Shown here piece after piece: positions 11,414 through 22,571 of a DNA stretch of 64,000 nt. The first letter of the stretch is position 1; each line of letters opens with the position of its first letter. A program made the translations under genes and the position numbers. The DNA is from Azolla caroliniana (Eukaryota; Plantae; Polypodiophyta): positions 5,208,001 through 5,272,000 of the forward strand of contig JBHGNT010000013.1 in the NCBI GenBank assembly GCA_043228905.1, read 5' to 3'. The notes below the pieces were generated by a model, which was not told the origin of the DNA, did not search any database, and saw nothing but the letters and a program-made list of their open reading frames with translations.

Positions 11414-14400
11414 TGTGAAATGCTCTCAAAATAGCTCCCTTTCCATTACGTTCTAAGTTACATCTTATAGGCTACTCTTAGCGTGGTGGGTGTTTTCCCG
11501 CTCCAATTAGATCTTCTAATTATGGGGGCTTGGTAGGGGCCTAATTTGGGTGTGGTCAATGTGCCCCTGGTTAGGTGGGGCCTTGGTTAGGATCCGTGGT
11601 AATACCACAGCTCCCCCTTGTAAAAAAAAGTTATTGTGCGGTCGAAGCGCGGACGGTGGTTCTGGGCGGAGGGATGGCACGGGCGTGGGCGTGGGCGTGG
11701 GCGTGGGCGTGGGCCGTGGTAGCTAATGGAAGGGTTTCATGTGAGATTGGTGGGCGAAGGTAGAGTGGTTGTTGGAGGCGCGGCAGAGCAGGTATGTAGT
11801 GTTGCGTGTCTACTTTTGAACTTCGAAGGGACCGATCCATCGGTGCATGAGCGACTTGCTCAGGCCGCGACGACGGATGGGGAAATAGACGAGGACTTTG
11901 TCGTCGGCGTGGTATTGATGGTCGGCGCGGCCTGCGTCGTGTTGGTGTTTTTGGCGTAGCTGTGCTTGGTGCAAGTTGCTCGTGATGGCTTCTTGGAGGA
12001 GGGGCTGGAGTTGTTGCAAGTGGGACCACCAAGACACTGCGTCAAAGTGGAGTGGTGTGGTTGGTTGCGGGATTGCCACTTCTAGGGGTAAGCGCGAGTC
12101 CCTGCGATAAAGGGCCCGGAAGGGGCTAATGCGGGTGGAGGCTTGCACAGTTGTGTTGTAGGCGTGTCTAATGAAGGGCAAGATACGGCCCCAGGTCGAG
12201 TGCAACGGATCGATGTAGGCTGAGATTTGTTGTTTTAAGGTTCGGTTGAGGCACTCCATCAATCCATTCGTCTGTGAATGGTAGGGTGACATGAATAATT
12301 GTTGGATTCCTAATTGTGTAGAAATGAGACAGAGCTCGCTGTTGAACTGGGGTCCCCGATCGGACAAGATTTGGAGTGGGCAACCGTGGGGGAAGATGAT
12401 TTTCTCCAACAATTTGGTGGCGACCTTCGCATATGGGATAGTGGTCGTCTTAGCCCAACGCGTCAAGTACTCGGTTATGACGAGGATGAATTTGTTCCCT
12501 TCTTGTGACTCAGGAAAGGGGCCTAGAATGTCCCATCCGATGATTTCAAATGGTGCTTGAACCTGTATCGGATGTAAGAGGCCTTGAGCCACTTGAGGTG
12601 ATTTGATGGATTGACATGAGTTGCATGCTTTGATGTAGGAGGTGACCTCATGGCGTAGCCCCGTATTTTGTCTAGTACCTTGTGAAAACCCAAGTGGCCG
12701 GACAACGGGTGATCGTGGAAGAAACGAAGGTAAGACAGGTGCAGTTGCTCAGGCACGTAGACCCGGGGTTCCTTGCCTACTAGGAAAAAAAGCAGGACAT
12801 TATCCTGGATCATGAATTTCTTGGTGAGGGATGATGTGGGCTCGGCTCATAGGCGGTGGCATATGTCTTGGATCTTTTTGTCGTATTGTTGCATGTTGGC
12901 CATTTGGGACGAAGATACAGGGAAATCGATTGTGCCAGAGGCGATTTGGTTCGCCTGAAAGGATATGCGGGATAATCCGTCGGCAACAATGTTCTGGGAA
13001 CCGTGGTGATAGTGCAGAGTGAATGTGTAATCCTACAGCGCCAAAGCCCAACGGAGTAAGCGACTGGGTGGGTGAGCCTTCTTTATGAGGGAGAGCAATG
13101 GCTGATGGTCAGTTTCTACTGATGTGTTTGATCCCTGTAGGTACGGGTGGAAAGGATGGAATGCCCAGACGATGTCGAGCAACTCTTTTTCGGTTGTCGA
13201 GTAATTTTGTTCGGCTTTGGTAAGTGACCGGCTTATGTAGGCAATCGGGCGTAGTTGGTCGTTGTCATCGGATTGGAGCAGGACCGCACCAAGGGCCGAC
13301 ATTGGAGGCATCTGTCTGCAGATGGAAAGGCTTTGTGAAATCAAGGTGTGCCAAGAGGTCAAAGGCTTGGATCGTTCGCTTTGAGTTGCAGGAAGCTGGA
13401 TTCGCAGGCGTCGGTCCATAGGAAGGGTGCGTCTTTTTGCAGGAGCGCGCGTAGTGGGGCTAACATGTCGGCTAGCCGTGGGATGATGCGGAGAGAGAAC
13501 GTGAGGAGGCCGAGGAAGCGTTGAAGCTGCTTGATTGTGGTGGGGCGTGGGAATTTTTGGACTGCTTCCGTCTTCTTTGGGTCCATCTATATTTTGTCGG
13601 AGGAGATGACGTACCCGAGTAAGCAAAGGCACGTACTACCCCAGCGACACTTCTTCCATTGCAGCTGCAATCGATAGCGTTGAACACAAGTTTGGACCTC
13701 CTAAAGGACTTGGAGGTGTTCCACCCAGGTGATTGTATCTATCAGAATATCGTCTAGATAGACGATGACGATGCGATGGGTGATGAGATCGTCGAAGATG
13801 GCGTTAGCCATTCGCTGGAATGTGCTCCCAACGTCGGATAGGCGGAAGGGCATCCGTGTGAACTAAAAAATACCTTTCCTAGTGCGGAATGTAGTTTTGT
13901 GGGCATCTTCAGGATTCATAGGGATCTGCCAATATCCCGAGGCCAGATTGAGGGAGGAGAAGTACTTTGATTTGCCAAGTTGGTCGAGGAGGTTGTCGAT
14001 ACAAGGGAGAGGATATCGGTCATGGGTGGTGACATGGTTCAGTTGTCGGAAGTCGACACAAAAACGGTAAGAGTCGTCCCTTTTTTTTACCATGTGTGGC
14101 TCCGAGATCCATACGCTCTTGGAAGGTGTGATAATCCCCTATTGTAGCATAGTTTTGACGGCGTTGTCGATGCGCTCGTGGTCGAGAGGGGAGCGACGTC
14201 GGGGAGCTATGTTGATGGGATGGGCGTTGCCTGTAGGAATCGTGTGGTGGATTGGAAAGCGGACCGAGGGAGGCTTTGCCGGTGGTGTAGACAGTGAGGG
14301 AAAGGTGTCTAGGAGCCGTCGAATGTCGTGGATGTGCTCTGTCGGTGATACCATGTACTATGTGTTGTTGATGTGGGTGGTATCTCGCGGATTAGTGAAG

Positions 14401-16168
14401 AGCGCAATCAGAAGGTGATTGGGGAGGACGAGCTGTTGTGAGGAGAAATCGAGACAGGCTCGACTATGGAGGAACCAATCGCAACCCAAGGTGATTGGGA
14501 ACAACTGGCATGGGAGGATGTAGAAACAATGTTGGATCCAGGTGGAACTAATGGTGAGTATGCACATGACTTGCGTATGTGAGTGGTACAATCGTTGTTG
14601 GTCACCGAAGAGGATTTTAATGGGCGGTGCATGGCTCGTGGGAAGTTGCAATTGGGCGACTAAATCTGCGTTGATGGAAGAGATGCTACTACCGGAGTCA
14701 AGGAGAACTTCTTGGGTCGTGTGCTGGAGGCGGGCGATCGTGTTACAAATGGGAGAAGTTGATGATGTGGAGGCGTGGACGTGCGGGGGTAGCTCGATCG
14801 TGGTATAAACGGGAGAAGTTGATGACGTGGAGATGTGGACATGCGGGGGTGGCTCGATCATGGTATAAACGGGAGAAGTTGATGACGTGGAGGCGTGGAC
14901 GTGCGGGGGTGGCTCTCCTTGCGGCACCCCGAGCATTAGTTTTCCAAGAGCTCAAAGAGGGAGGCAGCGTCGGCTAATTGGACGTTCTGCTTTTGTGGTT
15001 GATTTTGCCACTTTCGGCAGTGACGCTGGATGTGGCCATAGTTGTTGTAGTAGAAACATTTGGGGCGCCTCTAGCTGTCTCGTTCGGGCAATGCACGCTT
15101 GGCGCGTAACTGCGCGTTCTAGACATTGATGTCCATGGGAGTGGCAGTTGGTGTAGTGTTTGTATGATCGTGACTAAGATTACCTAGTCTGTGCAGGTCG
15201 TGTGCATCTGCAGCTTTGATGCGTTGGGCGGTGAGGATGGCTTCGTGTAGTGTCTTCGGGCCTTGATCGCGTACACGGCGGCGGAGGTCATGCCGGATAC
15301 GTGGCCTGAAGGAAAACAACTTCATGTCTTCCAACATGTTGGCGTCAGCCCGACGTCAGATTTGCACAAACCGAACCGCGAATTGGTTGATGGGTTCGCG
15401 TGGTTGTTGGGCGATTGACTCGAGTTGTTGTAGGGCCGTCTCACGGGAGTCCTGATGAGCAAAATTCTGAATCATGGCTGCCCGTAACAGATCCCAGTCG
15501 TTGCGTGTCTCCTCAGGTTGTTGTACGAGCCATGTTGCTGCGATATTCTCGAGGAGTGCCTTCATTTCCATTGCCTTCCAGGGGTGTGGCCACTGGTGGT
15601 AACTGGCCACCATTTCGAAATGATCCAGCCAAGAGAGGACGTCTTCCGATGGTAGGCTAGAGAATGGTTTTGGGCGAACTCAAGGGTCCGAGAGATTCTA
15701 TTGTGGCTCGGATTGTGCTGAGAGGAATGACAACATGGCTTGTTTAGTATGGTTAACTTGTAAAATAATGTTAGACAGGGCCTGAACCAGTTGGTCGATT
15801 GGCGATGTGGGCTGATGTTCTTGAGTTTGTTGTTGTAGGAATTCTGGATTCATGGAGTTTGTGTTGTCGTTGTTGTTGTCGTGTTGCATCGTGGCGTGTG
15901 TTGTTGGGGTCGTGAGTTGGGGTTGCTTTGCCCGTCTTCTCCACCAAGATGTGAAATGCTCTCAAAATAGCTCCCTTTCCATTACGTTCTAAGTTACATC
16001 TTATAGGCTACTCTTAGTACATCTTATAGGCTACTCTTAACGTGGTGGGTGTTTTCCCACTCCAATTAGCTCTTCTAATTATGGGGGCTTGGTAGGGGCC
16101 TAATTTGGGTGTGGTCAATGTGACCCTGGTTAGGTGGGGCCTTGGTTAGGATCCGTGGTAATACCACA
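11414..16168 (-). mobile_element. Full-length GC-rich Ty3/Gypsy element with short LTRs, decayed
   Basis: LTRs 15950-16168 (5', with a 23-bp internal duplication) and 11414-11609 (3'); PBS tggtggagaagacgggca at 15946-15929; PPT caagggggagc next to 11609. Protease LLDSGS, RT YRFCVDFRQLN and YLDD, RH RPIAYISRSL, integrase PFEIIGWDILGP. TSD not clean (gtcat vs atatc). Confidence 0.92.
14751..14915 (-). repeat. 60-bp tandem repeat (~2.7 copies) upstream of the protease
   Basis: gggagaagttgatga..tggagg.gtggac at 14751, 14811 and 14871; encodes a PPHVHASTSSTSPVY-type 20-aa repeat. Confidence 0.85.
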
Positions 16169-17939
16169 ATATCATATCCCCCCCACTTTGGGTAGTTATC
16201 TAAGAATTAAAGTAGCTTTAATTTCAAAGAAATATGGTTTGTTTTCCAATTTTGGTCATTTAATAAACTAACTTATGTACGATGCCCCAATTACATACAA
16301 TTAGAGTACTTTATTACTACTAATATATATTGTGGTTTGATAGTCAAAACCCCAAACATGGCTCATAATATTTCCCGTCAATTAAACTTCAATGATCAAC
16401 ATCCAATGTTAAGGTAGGAAACTTGTCGAAGGTAATTTTTTAATTTGAAGGATGGTTTTCGACTCTTTCCCTAGTTATATCAATGTTATCAATATTCCAA
16501 TTTGGCAATTTGGTTGTTGGGCAACCTAGACTCCATCACTATTGACATGCAAAATGTGTTCTAAGTCTCATCTTAGTTCTCACACTCAATCCTTAAAGTT
16601 TTGTTGTTGAAGTATCTTTGCTTGTGTTTAGTCAATTTAATATGAAGATCCAAAGTACACACAAACGTACACCTAATAAAAGCTCCACTATGTTTTCATA
16701 TATTTGAAATTACATTCTTTTTGCTTTAGTAGTGCATATCCCATTGGATCTAGCGATCAAGGATATGACATTTGACCTACATGAAGTACCACACATAAAA
16801 ACAAGGATTCGTTGTTGATTGCCGTTCCTTTTTCTTCTTATTTTTCTCCTATCCTAACAGCAATAGAGAATAAAGTATAGAGAATCATAGGGTTTCTTTT
16901 TCTAGGAGAGGGATTAGTATTCACATATACTATTGACTTGATCTTCAATCATTGTTAGTTTGCATGTTGGAGGTTTTCCACTAATTAAATACCTATTTTC
17001 GGCTTCTAAACCGAATTTATCGGCTTATTGTTCCCATCATTTCAATTTAGTCTCCAACTCTTGATTGATACAAAAAAAAACTCATATGAGCTAGTTGTGA
17101 GACGTGTGGCAAACTTGTGAGCTTTAAGACATTGAGCGTATCTAAATATATTTTATTCTTGATTTCAAGACAAAAACGTGGAAAGCCATATAAGTGAAAC
17201 CTTATTTAATACTCAAATATGCAATACACAAGGCTCAAGGGCTTGGTATAGAATATTTGACAACTATGTCATGTATATGTGTACAAGTTGCTACTAATAT
17301 TATATTGCTTTCATAAAAATATGTGTGTGCTTGATATCTACATGCATGCCTTAGATGCTATCATGATTTATTTTTTTAAATATGCGTGGGTTCATTTCCC
17401 TCTTTTTGTTAAAATTTGAGTTGAGATTAGTAAGCATTTTCTTGGACATATATAGAGTAGGTTGACCTTACTTCACAACCTTAGTGTTTGTGGTTTGCAC
17501 CACACACAAGATGCCCTGAAACTCATTGGGATAAGCTTTAATTATTGACCTTATTTATTCATTTGTCGTGGTGAAATATTAACACATCCATTAATCAAAA
17601 CAAGTGACGGTAAGTGACATCCACCAATGTCTTTGAAGGTGTTACAAACATGTTGTGGAGCGTGCTTCCACTTTTGCCAATTGTGTCATGCATTAGAGTA
17701 GCCACGTTCGCACCCCACTAAACCCATTAGAACCTAGTGGGCTTCAAGAATGAGAAAAGAGCATAAGGTTGTTCTATTTGTATCACAAGAGTGAGACCTA
17801 GACGTATCCTAAATGCAATAAATCAAAAGCATTAAAAGAAGAGAGAGTAGAGTTGATCAATTATATCAACAGAAGTGTAGCAATTAGTTAAAGGCACGAT
17901 CACAATCATTTCTTGAAGTTCATATAAGGAACAATGATG

Positions 17940-18340
17940 AATTGACCATAGAGGACTTCATTAGGAAACGCATGCAGTGTCAAAAGAGCCCATAACCTAA
18001 CCTAATTTAAAGAAATTGCATATAGTTGAAGAGTCGTGTGCATAGTTATGAGAATATGTTGAAATTGTAGTAGAAAGCACTTGTATGGACAAGCCAACAA
18101 TAAACGCATCATGTTTTCATCAATTTGTCCATATCATTTGAATTGACCATGCAGGACTTCATTAGGAAACATATATAGTTTCAAAAGAGCCCATGACCTA
18201 ACCTAATTTAAAGAAATTGCATATGGTTGAAGGGTCGTGTGTATAGTTATGAGAATATGTTGAAATTGTAGTAGAAAGCTCTTGTATGGACAAGCCCACA
18301 ATAAATGCATCATGCTTTCATCAATTTCTCCATATCATTT
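17940..18340. repeat. Tandem duplication, period ~201 bp
   Basis: aattgaccat..aggacttcattaggaaac at 17940 and 18141, with near-identical continuation. Confidence 0.85.
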
Positions 18341-21333
18341 GCGAGAAATTTGTCCATATCATTTACATGTTACGAGTGAGATGTGCTTTACTTGAACCAT
18401 TACTTACACATATAATAGTCAAATCCTCCATGAGAATACATGTATCTTGAGAAACAACAAGCCCTTTTTGACACATTTTAGCCTTGATTTTCCACCAAGC
18501 AAATGCAAGGTCTCATTGTGGCATGTGGACACCAACATATAGGAGTTTTTGACAACGGCCAAATAGGTTGATGGTGAATGTGGCCAAGGGATATATCTCC
18601 TTATGGTTTTTGAAAAAGTCAATGCATCCCCATTAGAGTTTTGTGATATTTTGAATGGTACATACACAAAACCTTGGTGCACATGTCATGTATGTTTTCT
18701 TATTTGCTTTATTCATTTATTGATGCCACATGTTCATTTTGCATGGAATACTCGAAGCAATGGAGTTTTGTGCCGCACTAACCAGCTGTTTGTTGTATGA
18801 TTCTTATTTGTATATATGTAATATGCAATAATGAGCAAGTGATGTTTTGAGTGACCATGCTTGTCCCTGAAATATAGCTGAAATGCCAGGTTATTAGTTT
18901 AACACAGGGTCCATCATCTAGAAGTTCAATATTTTTATATTCAACTTAGAAAAAGATGCATACATATATATTATACAACATACATGACATGTTAGTATTG
19001 ATTGAGTATAAACATTGAACATTGATCTAATTTGCACGTCCATGAGGTGTTGACTCTTGAATTACTTATAACTTGCTAGCTACGATCAAATGTTGAGATA
19101 ATAATGTATGTACACATGCTTGGAAAGGAATTATGTAGTTTTCGAGAAAGCACAAACACAAAACATATACCTTATGTTTTCTTTTATGTCATCACTTCGT
19201 TGGGCTAACGTACATTGTTATGTAAGGATGGGCAATGTCATGACTCATAATAATATATTTACCATGTAAACTTACCATTCTATGGTTTGTTTAATCAATA
19301 AAGAAAAATAGAAATGATACAATAAGATTCTTCGCATTATTGAGCAATGAGCATGCACGTCACATTTACAAAAGAGTTCCAATTTAATATCCAATCCCAA
19401 TAATTGTTAAGCTCATTGTAACATGACCCAAAATTACACAACAACATCAGTTAAATGATTTAATTTTTGGCATTCCTATGGTCAAAATTTTAAACCTTGT
19501 TATTCACAATGTCACGATTGAAACACTCAATTAGAACGGTATAAACATATCAAACTAATTATCAACATGTCATGCAATTATTATTCTAGTTGGTATTTTT
19601 ACTTGATTTGTTAGTTTGAGATAATTGTATGCTACTGAAAATGCCTTTCCAAGTTCATTATTCACGACAAAAGGGTTAAAAATGATGGTGTTGTGTCAAT
19701 TCTAACAAGAAACAAATAAGTCATCATGTGCATGATATATCTTTACAATGAGGGATGCATGTGAGATCAGACAAGAAAGAACCAACAATAACAAACTAAT
19801 TGAAGCTATCTTATGCCACAAACCATGTTTTAAAGGTTTATGAACATATTGATTAGAAGAGAGGGAAACACACCCACTATCTCATACAAGCATGTCAAAC
19901 CCACATCATCTTCTTGTGTTTTTGGGCTACATTCTGCCCTGTAATAACCCAAACTTATCTACTCAAGGTATCATCCAACTAGCTCACTTCATAATGTTTG
20001 TATTGCTAGATTCACATTTGATCTAACTTAAGAGCATTTGCGCCTCTTGAGAGGGTCACTTTATTTCTTCAAATTTTAAATTTCTTTTTGGTTTTTGTCC
20101 TAATTCAATTCACATGCATATATTTAGCGGCCTCGATGTTGCTCGTAATTTGTGGGCCATCACTAATTTGGCTAGCCTCCAAGAGAATGACTCAATATCA
20201 ATGAATCGATGATCTAAAGTATAAACACAACTCTCCCTATTTGGTGCGTCGTTTGTTGACTTATAGCCTAATGATATTTTTTGGGTATTTATGCCAGCAT
20301 AAGCTTCCATGTTTTGGTTGCCCCCATAAAGTACTTTTATATTGTATATGATTGATGCATAGAAATTTCAAAATATATGGACCCCAAAGATAATTAAGAA
20401 CATGCATCCAAAGCTTTAGAAAATCTTTTTTTTTCTTCAAAATTTGACTTATTGTCAAAGTTTTTTCTCGTTTTACCCCAACAATGACGGTATTCTTGTG
20501 CATTATATTGTTTCACTTTGTGTAGTTTTGAACAAAATTCCATAGCCTTTCTCAAGTGATATGAATATCACAAAACTTCTACTTCGAATTTTAAGTAAAG
20601 AGTAGAATAGAATATTGATTGTCCACATGGAGGCCAAATTTGACCCGTGGAACGAAAATAAGGTATCACATTGTAGGTGAAGGGGGTGCTAATCTATAGT
20701 AAAAATTGTCTATGTGGAAATAAAAATTTCGACATCTCTAGATTAGACTTTATTTTTCCAATTTAATGTGGCGGATCAATGGGTGTGCATCAAACCATAA
20801 GTCCAAGAAACCCCCCCCCCCCCTTTTTTTTTTCAACCGTCGAGGGCATCTTTTGATATACATATATAATATCACATTGATTGGATTGGATCGAAGAAAT
20901 GAAGGAAGAAAGAACGAATAAAGGATTAAAGAAAAAATGCAATGGGTAGTGAACCACTCACTCATCAACATACATACATGGTATTATTATTGGAAGGGAA
21001 TCTTAGATGATCATCGAGGCAACAAATTATGTCTAGATCTTTAATAATAATACGAAAATAAGGAAATCAATACAAAATCGAAAAAGAGAGAGCGTAGTAA
21101 AGAACAATAAAAAAAACCAATGAACATGAAAAAAACAGAAAGAAAGGGTTTTAATTTAAAAGAAAAAGAAACTAATATGTCAAAATAAGGCTTGAAAATG
21201 TAATTCCGAGAGGCTTTCAACAGCAAAAGGGGAAAAGGGAGTTTTAATTGTTTTTGTTTTAAAATTTCAAAACAAGAAAGAAAGAAAGAAAGAAGACGAA
21301 ACTTAAAAAATCAAAGAAGAAACGAAAAATTCC

Positions 21334-21381
<48 letters not shown>

Positions 21382-22386
21382 AAAGCAAAAAGCAAAAACA
21401 AAGCAACAAGAGACCAGGAGACTCGACGACCTCTCGCTTAGAAAGTTAAAGAGAAAATGAGAGGGGAGGTATTGTGAAATGCACACCACAATATGTTTCC
21501 GCAAGAGAGAAACGGGAAGGCTAGTGATTGGGGCGGTCAGCTCGATACGACCGATGCACGATAGAGTCAGTATTGTTCACATGCACACACATACCACTTA
21601 AGACACAGACAAAAAAAACAGAACATTTTTCACTACCTTGTGGTTGGTTCGCAGTGGGTGGGGTGATAAGCAATTGTGGGGTTTCTAAAGGAATGCAAGC
21701 CGTAACAGATTCCGATTCCGATTTCCGACAACGCCTTGTAGTTGTCCTGACTCTAGGCGGGAGCCAAAAAGAAAGATCACGTGGGAGATTTTTCGTTGGC
21801 ACTTACTATCTCTCGGATCGGGGATTCCTGGGGGGGGGGGGGGTTGAGCCCAACAGGTGGGTGGTGGTTCCGGTAGTGCCAGAAAAAGACAGAGGTGGAA
21901 GGACATTTGTTGGAAACACCTGCCATTACCGAGTCGCAGCGTGTGGTTCCGGTGGAGCCTTCTCCTTTCTCGACAGGTAGAGAGAGACAAGAGAGAGACA
22001 AGAGAGAGACAAGAGAGAGACAGAGACAGAGACAAAGACTTACTCTGGAGTGAGTTTAGTTTAGCACCCCCCACAATTAGCTCCCATAACTCTCCTCCTT
22101 TTTGGCTGCCTTCTTCTTCTTCTTCTTCTTCTTCTTCTTCTTCCCTTTCACATACATACATACATAGCATACCATACTATCTTCTTTTGCTTTCTGCTTT
22201 CTGCTTTCTGGCCCCCCCCCCCCCCCCCCCTCCCATCTCTCTTTCTGCTTTCTTCTCTTTCCTTTTCTTTTTCTCCTCACCCCCCAATATGTACATACAT
22301 AACACCCATCCACCCGTTTTCCCTTCCCTTCCATTACCATATATCCATCCATCTGAAGCAGAAAGACAGACTGGGAGAGAAGTAAG

Positions 22387-22431
22387 ATGTTGTTGATGAT
22401 GATGAGGACACAAGCTTCCATGGCTTCCTAA
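22387..22431 (+). promoter_or_regulatory. Putative upstream ORF in the ATPase 5' leader (MLLMMMRTQASMAS*)
   Basis: Five in-frame ATGs with TAA at 22429-22431, 140 nt before the main ATG, in a CT-rich leader-like region; TSS not known. Confidence 0.55.
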
Positions 22432-22571
22432 CCTAACCTAACCCTAACCCTAACCTTCTTCTCTCACCTCTTATCCTTTCTTTCTCATCTTCCTTCTTCA
22501 TCTTCCTTACCTCTATTTCTTCCCCCCCCCCCCCTCTTCTTCCTCCCTGCTTTTCTCTTTAGACCTCAGCC

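Noticed and set aside
16200-20700. Genes or DNA transposon in the AT-rich spacer
   Set aside because: Only short ORFs without recognisable motifs, and no terminal repeats or TSDs found by eye; probably old decayed repeats.
21259-22421. ORFs upstream of the ATPase
   Set aside because: Products of GA/CT, CTT and poly-C/G microsatellites in the promoter and leader; no protein motifs.
22428-22455. Telomeric array
   Set aside because: Only ~5 mixed CCTAA/CCCTAA units; at most a telo-box-like element.
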